From Octopus vulgaris (Eukaryota): a DNA stretch of 64,000 bases. This document shows, in pieces, positions 25,619-39,450 of this stretch; positions within the stretch are counted from its first letter, which is position 1; every line of letters begins with the position of its first letter. The notes under the pieces were generated by a model. The model was not told the origin of the DNA and did not search any database. It saw only the letters and a list, made by a program, of their open reading frames with translations. Where the stretch lies: the NCBI GenBank assembly GCA_951406725.2, contig OX597823.1, positions 110,980,001-111,044,000 of the forward strand. The letters are read 5' to 3'. The position numbers were made by a program, and so were the translations under genes.

Positions 25619-27716
25619 TGATATAGACTATTAAACAATGGTCTATAAAAATTACAGTCTTATATCTCTTATGAAGAAAATGTGGAAAACTTGTAGACTC
25701 ATTAAAGCATGAAATAGAATACCTCACAATATTCCTTCTTACAGTCTGCAATCTGTTCTCAAATCCCACCAAGGTTAACTTCATCTTTCCTTTTAGGATT
25801 GATAAAAAATACCAAACCAGGACAAATAGGTAGTGTGTCGGGCAAGATATGTGGTATATGTTTTGGTGACAACTGCAGTGATTCTGGTGTCAAGCCTTAA
25901 GCCACGTAAGCAGCCTTTCCCACTCTATATAAATCGGTTGTACAGAGAGGGGAAATTTACATGCAATGGGTAATTGCTAGCCATCCTCAAAATATTTTAT
26001 CCAAACCTGCACATATTTGTGCAGAGGCATAGATAACTTTGACCTACATGTGATCCAATATGAAAAAAAAATTGTGGCCATTGTAGTTGATATTTTTGTT
26101 TAGCCCTAACTCAACCCAGATTTGATTTTTTCAAATAATTTTAATTAATTTTATTAGTTTAGTTTAGAGTAGGAATTATAATCATTGCCTGTGCAGACTT
26201 GTATCAGTTCAAACATTCTATATTCTGAGTTCAAATCCTGTTCAGATTAAATTTGACTCTATCCTTCTGGGATTGGTTGATGAAATAAAGTACAAAATGA
26301 AGGCAACAGTTTGGTGGAATTTTTCAAAGTGTTTGATAAAATGTCTTACATCTTGTGTCCCAACCCTTCACATTCTGAGTTTATATGCAACCTCACTAGT
26401 GCCAAATTGTGTCAGCTTTCACCTTTCATTTGGATAACACCAGTGGCATGGAGACTAAAGATTTGTTGCGACGGCAATGACTGGACTTCGGTTACCAACA
26501 AATAACTTGGTTTGGCCTGTACTATGGACAATTCTCTATGTCCAGATACATGGCCAAGCCTGAACAATGGCGAACTTATCATATTTCTAATGAAAACAGA
26601 AAGAATATCTTTGAGATAGTATTACACAGAGATACTTGGGTGGGGCTGGGGGTAATTAAAGTAAAAGGAATAAACTTTCCTAATTAGTGTCTAGCTGTGT
26701 TCTTGCATTGACAGTAATAATGCATCGTATAAAATGAAGTTATCAAATATTACAGTATTAAAGAATACCAGCAAAATTTCAACATTCAATAATTCATACA
26801 TAATTTGATATATATGTGTGTATGCTTGCATGCATATCTACACACACATACGAATATAAGCATGCACCTACACATACATATGCATGTGTGTGTGAGTGTG
26901 TATAGATTTATATTTTTCTGTGAGTTCAAATATATGCACTGTATTAATCCATATCTTCAAATGTGTGTATCAATTTATGCATGCATGCACCCTTACATAA
27001 TACGTGCATGCATGTGCATGTAAATGCATTTTAAAAGAGGGTCTATATTCACATAAATAAGTATATATAAATATATATATATATGCACAAATAGATAGAT
27101 ACAATATGCACATAAAAATGTGTACTCATACATTCATACATAAATACGTATATATGTGCGTTTATGCACGTGTGGGTATTTTATATATATACATATATAT
27201 ATCTGTATCTGTAAATATATGATGTAGACACATCTTCATGATCTTGCATGTTTATATACATTTTAATAACATAAAATAACGGAAAGAGTATAGAAAAATA
27301 TATTACAATGTGATAAAAATTGATTTTGTTTTCATGCTTTTAGAGTAGATAAAATATATATATACATTTTATTATGTTTAAAGTCATTGATTTTTTTTTT
27401 CCTTCTTCATCATGGCAACAACCATCAGCTTCACCATCACCATTACCCTTATCATCAACATCATTGCCATAAGTAGTGGCGCCACTACCCCACACAATTT
27501 CAGCCTCTTTGCTGCCAAAGTGTTTTGTGTAAAGGTTAAAATCTGGAACATATAACTAAATATTTTGCTTCATAGTTTTATAAAATACATGCACAGATTA
27601 AAGCAGAGATATGGAGATATATACACATATACACTTACAGGGATATATATGATATTATCTTTGAGATAAAGAAATACATACATATATATACATATACATA
27701 TACATATACATATATA

Positions 27717-27763
<47 letters not shown>

Positions 27764-27852
27764 CTATATATAAATACACCCACACATACATATATATGTA
27801 TATATATATATATATATACACACATACATATATATACACACACATACTTAAG

Positions 27853-27884
<32 letters not shown>

Positions 27885-28817
27885 TACATATATACACACA
27901 TACTTAAGTATATATATATATATACGTGTCTATATACATACATTTATATATATTGTATATATATATGTATGTATATACACATAATTATATGTGTATTTAA
28001 AGACATACACATACATGTAGAATAAATGGTCTCATCTCTATATTTGTCTATTGTAATTTAATTTTTTCTACACGTTATTTTTTCTTCTTTTACTTTTCCA
28101 TACAGTGTCGTTTTCAATAAAAAAAAAACTGAAAAGACAGAGAAGGGCGAGTGAAATAAAAACTAAAATATCATTATATATAAGTATATAAATTGAAAGA
28201 AAATAATAAAGTGTAATAAAATAAAATATTTCCCCTAACCCACCTTGTAAAGGGAAATTAAGAAGAAAATAGATAAATTTGCAAACACAAAGTAATTTTT
28301 ATTGGCTGGCAAATAAAATTTTATCATATTGAAATTTATATATTCATACATTTTTATATATTTAGTTTTCTATTCATTTTTTCAGTTTTTAATATATATT
28401 TTATATATATATATATTTTGTGAATTTAGATGTGTATATAGATATGTGTGGGTAAAGATGAATAAATAAAATGTATATATCCATGTTTATATATATGTAT
28501 ATATATGTGTGTGTGTGCGTGTATGTGCATATATATATTTATTTTTAGGCTATGTTTTTTATTCTTATCATCGATCTTTAGGAAATTTGAATGATGGGAA
28601 ATTTCATTGGTTTGATTTATTACATTTTAAAAAGATCAATAGTGTTGTGTGGCTGGGTGGGTAGGGTATGCCTGTGCGTATGCATGCGTGTGAATATATA
28701 TATATGTGAATGTTACTGCCAGAGCTAGTATACAAGATATATATGTATGTGTGTGTATACAAAAATCACATATACTTACTTACATATATATATATATATA
28801 CATATATATGTACAAAT

Positions 28818-28861
<44 letters not shown>

Positions 28862-29150
28862 ACATATATATATATATATATATGTATGTATATATATGTA
28901 TATATATGTATGTATGTATATATACATGCACATTCACACATACCTACACACATTGCTTCTCTGTATTTTTTTTTACAATCAATTAATCTTAATTTGAAAT
29001 CTATAAAATGACTTTTGGTAAATGGTTGTTAAAATATTTTTGTCCATTGGTGATTAGCGATTAGCTTGGCTTTAAGGCTCTGGAGTTATGATGTCTGTCT
29101 GTTCAGGGGTGGTGTGGGGTATCAGCATACAGTGTCAAAGAATCAGTTAT

Positions 29151-29197
<47 letters not shown>

Positions 29198-29564
29198 CAC
29201 ATACCTTCACACATATATATGTATATGTATGTATATACACACACATACACACATGTATAGACATACATGTATGTACATGAATATGTGCATATAAAATGTT
29301 GGAATTCGAGATGCTATCGTTTGTTCTTTTTGTTATTTTTGCTGTTGAAATTTTCTTTTTTTTTTTATTAATGTTAAAGTTTTATTTTATGTTCCGTTTT
29401 TGAAGAGTTTAATCATATCAATACAATCGATTTTATTTATCTATATAAAGGTATTTATGTCTGACTGTACACTAATATTATAAAATGTTCCCTCCCCAAA
29501 CACTTAAAAAAAATTTCCAGAACACAAAGCAAAAGCAAAAAATACGATGTATGTAGTTTTTATG

Positions 29565-29775
<211 letters not shown>

Positions 29776-30994
29776 CACACGTATATTTGTATGTATGTTT
29801 GTATGTATGTATGTATGTATGTATGTATGAATATGAGTGTGTTCATTTTTTGTGAGTGTATATGAGAGTGTATGTAGGTATTTTTTTTAACAGTAGTGTA
29901 CATTTTGCAGTTGAAGGGCTGAAGGACATAACAACATGATAAAATAAATGAATAAATAGATATTTAGATAAATAGACTGATAAATGCACACACAGACACA
30001 CACACACATATATACATACACATGCATATACATATGTATATACATAAATGCATAAATATATATATATATACTATGCACACACACATTTTATGATTTTATG
30101 AATGTATGTATATAGGTATGTGGAGATTTGACAGATAGATAATTGTAAATGTTATTAGTGAAATAACAGGGTGAAATCCTATTATTGGATTTTTTTTTTA
30201 AAAAAGGAGAAAAATAAAAACCTTTCATATATATATGTCTATAATTATGTTTGTAATAGTATGTATATGTGTCTGTTTTTTTCTAGTATGACAGTGTTGA
30301 TGTGTATTATGATGCGGATAAAAAAGACCTCTTTAAGAAATTGATAAATTGCATGTTAAACTCAAATGGGTCTGCTCTATCCTTGTTTCCCTTCAATTCT
30401 ATGAGATTCACCCCGCCTCTATGATGTGATCTATGAAAGCAACACTCCACATTACCCTTAATCTTACCCCAGATTACCTAATACTTCTATATACTGTAAA
30501 TATATGCCCACCCCTCTATAAAACAGGATAATAATATACTCTGTTTATAAAGTTATCACCTAAGTTGTAAACGTTTACTGTGCTTCATTTACATAGTTTT
30601 TCTTTTGTGTTCATTACAGTGTTTCACCATATCAAGCTTAAGTGTGTTGCTTCAACATGGTATGCGACACTCTTGACATAACAGCTGATTCTTCCTCAGT
30701 TCATACTCTGCTCCATTAAGAGAACACTTGACTTGAAATAGCCCCAAATACACTATGTCCTATTGGTCGTCCTCTCTCTTCCTGTCTCCTCTTCCTTCTT
30801 CCACCTAACCTTCTCCCTCCTCCTCCTCTTCCTTGTTATCAACGTCATCATTGTCATCATTTTAATGTCTACTTTTCTGTTCTTGCATGAACCAGATAGA
30901 ATTTTCTATGGCCCTCTTCTCACACTTGTTACCAAGCAAGGTAATAGTTTTCCATATTTGCAAGCTGACCCTCCCGTCTAAGCGATATATTTAT

Positions 30995-31127
<133 letters not shown>

Positions 31128-31137
31128 CATATATGTG

Positions 31138-31472
31138 TGAAGGCACATGGCTCAGTGGTTAGAGCATCAAGCTTACGATCGTGAGGTTGTGAGTTTGAAT
31201 CCTGGACCGGGCTGCATGTTGTGTTCTTGAGCAAGACACTTTATTTCACATTGCTCCAGTTCACTCAGCTGTAGAAATGAGTTGTGACATCAAAGGTGCC
31301 AAGCTATATCGGCCTTTGCCTTTCCTTTGGATAACACTGGTGGCATGGAGAGGTATGGCCGTTATGCATGGGTGACTGCTGGTCTTCCATAAACAACCTT
31401 GCCTAGACTTGTGCCTGGGAGGGTAACTTTCTAGGTGCAGTCCCATGGTCAGTCATGACCGAAGGGGGTCTC
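31138..31472 (+). mobile_element. CORE-like tRNA SINE (family E)
   Basis: TGGCTCAGTGG A-box, AGTTTGAATCC B-box, TGTGTTCTTGAGCAAGACACTTT core; related fragment near 26400-26530. Confidence 0.8.
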
Positions 31473-31487
31473 AGCATATATATATAT

Positions 31488-31810
31488 ACTAAGAATAAGG
31501 GTGTCTGAGAGACACCACCATGTCAAAATAGCAGTCAAATCCCTGACTCTAAAAACCACATTAAATGATCAGTATTATTCAGTAATATTTTTGCTAGTCT
31601 ATTTTGTCCGTCTGTCTTATCTCATGGTGCGAAATGAACATTTAACATGGTTTTTAGAGTCAGGGATTTGACTGCTATTTCGGCATAGTGGTGTCCCTCA
31701 GACACCCTTATTCTTAGTTGTAAAAAATTATTACCTTTGTATGGTATTTTTCCCATGTTGGCCACTTGATAATATCGATATTTAAATATCGATATTATCC
31801 TTATTTATAA
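31488..31810. mobile_element. (TA)n-embedded element with 80-bp inverted arms
   Basis: 31488-31567 is the reverse complement of 31639-31718; (TA)n on both flanks. Confidence 0.7.
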
Positions 31811-31834
31811 ATATATATATATATATATATATAT

Positions 31835-31988
31835 AGGTGCTGTGTGGTAAGAAAGATTACTTCACAACCACATTGCTTCGGGTTAAGGCCCACTGTGTGG
31901 TACCTTGGACAAGTGGCTTCTACAATAGCCTCAAACTGAACAAAGCTTTGATAGTTAATTTGCTAGATGGAATCTGAAAGAAGCCTGT

Positions 31989-32029
<41 letters not shown>

Positions 32030-32200
32030 ACCATTTACATACCCATAACTTAGCGATTTGGCAAAGGATATTAATAGAATAAGTACTAGGCTTACAAACT
32101 ATAAGTCCTGGGGTCGATTTCTTCAACTAAAAACACCTTCTTGGGCAGTTCTCCAGCTTGACCACAGTCCAGTGACTGAAACAAATAAAAGAATAAAAGA
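31835..32200 (+). mobile_element. Family A-related SINE, degraded
   Basis: Head and AATAAGTACTAGGCTTACAAA..CCTGGGGTCGATTT tail recognisable. Confidence 0.7.
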
Positions 32201-32250
32201 ATGTACATATTTACATACTTACATACATGCATGCATGCATATATATATAT

Positions 32251-32442
32251 AAATGTGACTGCGTGTGTACCGTTGGCGATTTTTTTCCTCTGTCTTCCCT
32301 TCTCTGGATCTTTCCTTCTCCTATGGTTCTGATGAAGAGCTCCGCTCAAAACGTTAAGCCCTCCTTCTTTCCTTAGCGTCCAATAATACTATATTTGTTC
32401 CACGTCCTTGTGTTGTGTTTTTTTGTGCTTTCATGTTTGGAT

Positions 32443-32447
<5 letters not shown>
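32251..32447 (+). mobile_element. Short PLE-derived element in (TA)n; hammerhead motif at 32325-32360 with G12A lesion
   Basis: ggtt-CTGATGA-A-gagc(tcc)gctc-AAAAC-GTT-aagcc; homologous to 3300-3489. Confidence 0.7.
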
Positions 32448-32478
<31 letters not shown>

Positions 32479-32733
32479 GTTCCAGCATCTGAATTCTCTC
32501 ACAAAGCTCTGGTTGGCCTTGGGTTACAGTACAAGTCATGTGTCTATAGTGTACAGAGTGTGACTGAACTTGTGCCCATGGGATCAAGAAGTAAACTTCA
32601 TAACTGCAAAGCTATGCTAGTATCAAGGCTATATTATATAGGATAAAAGAAAAGGATGAATTCTACTGGACCAGAGCTGGCCTGAGACAATACAGTTATA
32701 ATAACCTACGAGGTTAATATTTACTGATGCCTA

Positions 32734-34204
32734 CGAGCTCTGATCAGTAAGTATCCAGACTGTTGCTATTGTAAAGAACCTAAAGCATGCAGAGTAAAGC
32801 CACTTGGCACAGATTGACCTTGACCTCTTTTGTGCATGCGCACTAAGTTTTAACTTAGTGTGCATAGGAGCGGCTGTGTGGTAAGTAGCTTGCTTACCAA
32901 CTACATGGTTCTGGGTTCTGTCCCACTGCGTGGCACTTTGGGCAAGTGTCTTCTACTATAGCCTCAAGTCGACCAAAGCCTTGTGAGTGGATTTGGTAGA
33001 CAGACACTGAAAGAACCCATCGTATATATGTATATATATATATGTATGTATATGTGTCTGTGCTTGTCCCCCTACATCGTTTGACAACCGATGCTGGTGA
33101 GTTTACGTCCCCGTAACTTAGTGGTTTGGCAAAAGAGACCGATAGAATAAGTACTAGGCTTACAAAGAATAAGTCCCGGGGTCGATTTGCTCGACTAAAG
33201 GCGGTGCTCCAGCATGGCCGCACTCAAATGACTGAAACAAGTAAACAAGTAAAAGAGTATTTTAGCTCACTTTGGCTGTTTACAGCAGTACTTTGAATTA
33301 ATGTGTGCAACGTGTGATCGTTGCATTGACCATGACGGAGAAAGTTGTCATGGCAATAAATGCTCACAAGGCCTATGCAAAGTTGCAGAAAGTGTATGGA
33401 GAGGGGGAGTGTATGAGCTGCACACAAGTGTACAAGTGATTCAAACATTTTCAAAATGGCTGAAAAAGTATCGATATTGACAAAAATTCTGGGAGACCTG
33501 CAAAAAGAGAACTGAGAAAATTATCACAGATGTGCATTCAACTGTGAGAGAAAATCATCAAATCACCATCCGTGAGGATGTGCAGATTGGATATAGTTCA
33601 TCTTTGACCCAGATGTAACAGTCAGGTAAGTGACTGAAACCACCACCCTAGGTATTCCCTTTCATGTCTACCAATCTAAGAAGTTGTGAGTCAACTAATA
33701 GATCTGTAAAGTAGTTGTTTGGCATGCTAGATATAAGAACTAATACGTACACATCAGAGGATGTGCAGATTGGATATTGTTCAGTTCAGCCCGTTATCAC
33801 TAAAAATTTGGGTATTAGATGCATGTCTGCCAAATTTCTTCCAAAACTGCTTTGAGCTGACCAAAATGGCACACAGGATTAAGTTGCACAAAATCTTGAT
33901 TGTGTCGAGAACAATGAAAATTTTTTGAAAACTTTGTATAGGCCTCTGAGCAGGTATCACCAAGCTTTTGGCAAAATTGGATGCATATTCTCTACTTAAC
34001 CCTCTTTGTCATGGTCAATGCAACAAACACATGCTACATACCTTCCTTCCCAAAACTGCTGTAAACAGCGGAAGTGTACTAGAATGTTAAAACTTAGTGT
34101 GCACGCACAACAGTTCAGGGTCAATTTGTGTCAAGAAGCTTCACTCTGTGTGCCTTAGCTTCGTTGCTATGGCAACAGTCCGGATACTTATTGATTAGAC
34201 CACG
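32734..34204 (+). mobile_element. Non-autonomous mariner-like element with ~120-bp TIRs and N-terminal transposase relic
   Basis: TA|CGAGCTCTGATCAGTAAGTATCCAGACTGTTGC... and ...GCAACAGTCCGGATACTTATTGATTAGACCACG|TA; relic KLQKVYGE..QVYK*FKHF..SGRP..ITIRE..AKFLPKLL. Confidence 0.8.
32864..33258 (+). mobile_element. Family A SINE nested in the mariner-like element
   Basis: Full head and tail present. Confidence 0.85.
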
Positions 34205-35619
34205 TATATGCCATAATTTTGATGGATCAGAACTGATCTAAAACATCACTAACATCACAGAAAATAGTAACTAGCCATAATGTGCTATAATTATATGCGC
34301 TAATTCTCAAGGTTATTTCGAGGTTACACAACAACAACAACATCAACCATGCAGTTTGATTTATTTTTATGTAAAGCAAGGTCACTCACATCATTCAAGA
34401 AACAGATGACAAAATACCAGTTTTCTGGTTCACTTACTGTAATCACTGTCATATTCCGTCTTTGGTCAAGATATTTAACTATGAATGGCTACGCTCCTCT
34501 TTCTGGATTGTGAATGGATGCTAGATTGTTCTTGGTGTTGTTTAGACACATGTCATACTTGATTGAACAGACTTAAGTAATTCTAGCAATGACTGCCCCA
34601 CTTAAAAAAGACATCGTGCATTCTGTGATTTAATGAGTCCCTGTCAAAGACAGCAGGGTGTAATTTCAGAGAGAAAGATTAGTTCTTATTTCTAGCATGC
34701 CAAACACCTACTTTATGGATCCATTAGTTGACTCACAACTTCTTAGATTGGTAGACATGGAAGGGCATACCTAGGGTGGTGGTTTCAGTCACTTACCTGA
34801 CTGTTACACCTGGGTCAAAGATGAACATAGTTCTATTAGTTCAACATATATTTCATTGATCAGCAAATGTGATGAATCAGATGACTTGAACTCAAAGGAT
34901 TCATGCTGCAAAGAATTAGGTAACAGAATGGTCTGAGTTGTGTTGCTATGAGTACAAACAGGGTAGATGATCCAGTGTGAGCAGACAAAGCTTTTTAAAG
35001 GGCGTGTTCGGAAGTAATAAAGAGGTCAAGAATGCTTTGAGGGATACAGGTGGGTGAGGATATTTAGTGTTATTGTAGTTTAACATTGCAATTAATTCAT
35101 TCAATAGAAATATCAGTCTTGCAGATTGCAATACAGGGTTTACTGTCTGATTCATTTCCAGCTTCACCCTGAAGTAACTTGGTGAAATTTCTCACAGCTG
35201 TGAGAGTAAGAAGACTTATGTACCTGTGTGATCTGAAGAAACCAAGGATAAGGACGTCAGTGAAAGAGAATGGAAAGATAAATGTTTTTGAAGCTGGAAA
35301 ACAGGCAGTCAAGCAACTGCTGGTGGTTGAATGTATTTGAAAAGCTGTAGAATCAGTAGGGGATGCTAGAAGCAAAAGGAGGAGAGACGTTGTACTGAAA
35401 TAACTGGAAATCATTGTTGTTGCTATTTGAAAGAGGTAGGTTGTGGATAGAGATAGTGGATTTTGAATAAGTGCAAACACCAACAGAGGAAAATGTTCTG
35501 AGAGAAGTATTCTGCCTACTAAATGAAAATACAATAAGATCTCACATATATACTATATTGAGTTGAAGATCTTTTAACTGTTAGTTAAAGTTTTTCAATT
35601 CACTATATTACATACATTT

Positions 35620-35852
35620 AAAGGTGGCGAGCTGGCAGAGATGTTAGCGTACTGGGCAAAATGCTTAGCGTCATTTCGTCTGTTGTTATGTTTTGAGTTC
35701 AAATTCCGCCGAGGTCGACTTTGATTTCATCCTTTCGGGGTCGATAAATAAAGTACCAGTTTCGCACTGGGGTCGATGTAATCGACTTAATCCCTTTGTC
35801 TGTCCTTGTTTGTCCCCTCTATGTTTAGCCCCTTGTGGGCAATAAAGAAATA
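35620..35852 (+). mobile_element. Family B SINE with 14-bp TSD
   Basis: TATATTACATACAT at 35604-35617 and 35853-35866. Confidence 0.9.
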
Positions 35853-36069
35853 TATATTACATACATACGACCCCATCATGTTGAATATAAAACATTACGG
35901 ATAATACATATAGATTAGTAATAAGGGATAAGATATTTCTGTTTCAGGAAGGAATATGACGCATGGCTTGCATGCTGGTAGAAAATCTTTCGGAGAATTT
36001 AGTTGGAGGAGAAAGTTGATGACTGTGAAATAATATATTGAATGAAATATATTTTACAGAAATATATAA

Positions 36070-36415
36070 ACCTTGTGCAAGTGCCTTCTACTATAGCCTC
36101 GGGCCGACCAAAGCCTTGTGAGTGGATTTGGTAGACAGAAACTGAAAGAAGCCCATCGTATACATGTATATATATATATATATGTGTGTGTGTGTATATA
36201 TGTTTGTGTGTCTGTGTTTGTCCCCCCCAACATCGCTTGACAACCGATGCTGGTGTGTTTACGTCCACGTAGCTCAGTAGTTTGGCAAAAGAGACCGACA
36301 GAACGAGTACTAAGGCTTACAAAGAATAAGTCCTGGGGTTGATTTGCTTGACTAAAGGCGGTGCTCCAGCATGGCCGCAGTCAAATGACCGAAACAAATA
36401 AAAGAGTAAAAGAGT
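36070..36415 (+). mobile_element. Family A SINE, 5' truncated
   Basis: Homology to the reverse complement of 21458-21853. Confidence 0.85.
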
Positions 36416-36966
36416 AGATTGAATGTACTCTTACATTATCTAAAGAGAGGATTTTCAGCATTTTTTTTTTCCCATATAAGTTCTAGATTATGGTGTGTTT
36501 GTTACTGAATATATCATTGAAAATGATATGAACATGTGTTCTTCGTATCTTCCAATGATCATTGACCACTTGCAAAAGAAATATATGCATGAGGTCAATG
36601 AGGAAATTTATCAGTTGTAAGAATGATACTAACTGATACAGGGATAATATTTTGGCATATTTGCAAAATGAGAAACTGGAATATTCTATTGTTTTATTTT
36701 GGCAGACAACTTTTCATTTTCCTTTTTATTAATAGAATGTTTTTTTATTGAATCTAAATAAGCCTATATATATACAAGCATTATACATGCTTATAGCTTC
36801 ACACACACACACACACATATATACACACATAGGTAATAATACATTTGTGCTATTGCATACGTTATAACTCTACAACCAAAGCAGAAAGTACTAAATAACT
36901 TTGGTAGAGAAAATATTCAACATAAAAGATAACATTTCTAGCATGCAGCATTTATTACTCAATGCC

Positions 36967-37078
36967 AAGACTTATTCTTTGTAAGCCCAGTACTTATCCT
37001 ATCGGTCTCTTTTGCCGAACGGTTGTCAAGAGATGTTGGGGGGACAAATGCAGAACACAGACACACAAACATAAACAC

Positions 37079-37115
<37 letters not shown>

Positions 37116-37280
37116 TACGATGGGCTTCTTTCAGTTTTTGTCTACCAAATCCACTCAGAAGGCTTTGGTCAGCCCGAGGCTATAGTAGAAGACACTTGCC
37201 CAAGGTGTTACACAGTGGGACTGAACCCAGAACCATGTGGTTCGTAAGCAAGCTACTTACCACACAGCCGCTCCTACTCA
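36967..37280 (-). mobile_element. Family A SINE, 3' truncated
   Basis: Homology to 21458-21853. Confidence 0.85.
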
Positions 37281-37399
37281 GGAAATTCTTAGCAACATTG
37301 CTTAATTTTTTTATGGAGGGTTCAACCAAATTACATTAGTTACAATTTTTATATGAGTTGGCTTCATTAGCAGGGTTTAGATTAAGGGTTAACTTAACT

Positions 37400-37900
37400 T
37401 CAGTTACTAAATCCACTAGCTCCCAGTACATTCTTGCTGTGATTTGCAAATCTATTAATTGGTTCTTTGTCATTCTACCAATATTGCCGATTCTTAAAAA
37501 TGATGAGCTGATGTAGAGAGGAATTTAGAGCTGATATAAGAGAGTTTTTCATTTTCTTTTCTGTAGGCCTTAAGTTTACATAAGTTGAGGTCGAAGACAA
37601 GGTTTAGGAAGTTAATTGTCATTATATTACTGTGGCCTTCACTCCAGGTTCTTAAAAGGTTCTATCTAGAACTTGCACTTTACTATCAAAGTTATGTCCA
37701 CTCATGCTGTTAAAAATAGCCACCAACTCTGCATAAGCTTATGCCTGAGTTGTTAAATCTTGATACATGTTTCTCAAGGATCCAGCCAGATTATAAATCT
37801 CTTCCTCGGGAGAGAAGCCCCATCATAACATCAACTGGATCATTAGTGTCGTCCCCCTAGGCAGAGCTTGTGTTGGAAAATAGGATTTTTAAGGCACATA
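37400..37900 (-). pseudogene. Highly decayed Penelope-like RT fragment (FDVTMG-type)
   Basis: Minus-strand pieces DPVDVMMG and TINFLNLVFDLNLCKLKAYRK resemble PLE motifs FDVTMG and VNFLDVTFDL...PYRKPN. Confidence 0.5.
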
Positions 37901-38028
37901 CACTTATGTCTACATTCCTATTATCATTATCACCTGCTCATTCTGCAATGCAGGCCTTTAGACAACAGACTTGAAAAATGACAGGTAAAATTTAACACTA
38001 TCAAACTGGTTGAATTTACATCTTTTTT

Positions 38029-38433
38029 TATAGTGTACTAGCAGTATCACCCAGCGTTGCTCAGGTTTGTAAGGGAAATAACTATATAAGCATTTTTAGA
38101 GATGTAAAGTATAATAGCCATCTCAATATGGCTAACCACAAAGCGGGGTGTTACTGTAGCTTTTTACGTTCTGAGATTTAATGATAAATTTTTAGAGAGT
38201 TACTTCCTTTATATATGCCAAAAATGCATTAAAAATGGGAAAAATTGATGGTAAATTTTTTTTAAAATCGTAGACTCATCGTAGACGCGTGCTGATACCA
38301 TGAAGGGCTCGATATGAATCACGACTATAAGATACCCGGTTTTGGTTAAACTGCACCGCAAAATGTGGGAGTAGTTAGGAATCTAATTCGTAGGAGACAG
38401 ACAGCACACAACCTCAATTTTATATATAAAGAT
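38029..38433 (+). mobile_element. Non-autonomous Helitron/Helentron (Lep1/DINE-like) element
   Basis: ACTAGCAGTATCACCCAGCGTTGCTC start, GACAGACAG...TTTTATATATAAAGAT end; highly similar second copy at 42975-43384. Confidence 0.7.
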
Positions 38434-38925
38434 AACAACCAATTAACTACTGTGGTGGTGCTATTCTATTGCCACAGTTTATTTACACACATCATACTCA
38501 TGCACACACATATACAAACATGCATGCATATATGATGGCTGCCCCCTCGTTATTGAGTATGGCCATTGCACAAGCCTTAACTGTTGCCGGTGCTGTGATC
38601 GAATACATATATGCATACATACATAATACATACGTACATACATACATACAAACATACACACACACATACATACATACATAAACACATACATACATACATA
38701 CATACATGTTGTGCCTTGATAATGATTTTTGTTTATTTTTTTCAAGGAACTCTTGTTTTGATCTAAAATTTATGCACTCACTTTTCACTGGACTCAATTT
38801 TCTTATCTCACTTTACAGGTAAAGCCTATTGCTATAACCTTGATGATAAAGTGCAAGTTCTAGATAGAATCTTTTAAAAACCTGAACTTAGTTTAGTAAA
38901 CATACAGGTATTTGGATCAGAATTA

Positions 38926-39450
38926 CTCTCTTTTACTCTTTTACTTGCTTCAGTCCTTTGACTGCGGCCATACTGGAGCACTGCCTTTAATCGAGCAACT
39001 CGACCCCGGGACTTATTCTTTGTAAGCCCAGTAGTTATTCTATCGGTCTCTTTTGCTGAACCACTAAGTGACAGGGACATAAACACACCAGCATCGGTTG
39101 TCAAGCAATGCTAGGGGGACAAACACAGACACAAAAACACAAACACATACATATATATATATACATATATACGACGGGCTTCTTTCAGTTTCCGTCTAGC
39201 AAATCCACTCACAAGGCTTTCGTCGGCCCGAGGCTATAGTAGAAGACACTTGCCCAAGGTGCCACGCAGTGGGACTGAACCCGGAACCATGTGGTTGGTA
39301 AACAAGCTACTTACCACACAGCCACTCCTGCACCTACATATACATATATACGAGAGACTTCTTTCAGTTTTCCGTCTACCAAATCCACTCACAAGGCTTT
39401 GGTCAGCCCGAGGCTATAGTAGAAGACACTTGTCCAAGGTGCTACGCAGC
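38926..39450 (-). mobile_element. Family A SINE (38926-39335) plus adjacent partial copy (39345-39450)
   Basis: Homology to 21458-21853. Confidence 0.85.

Noticed and set aside
35097-35534. 145-aa minus-strand ORF
   Set aside because: No recognisable motif or splice context; possibly very old LINE debris.
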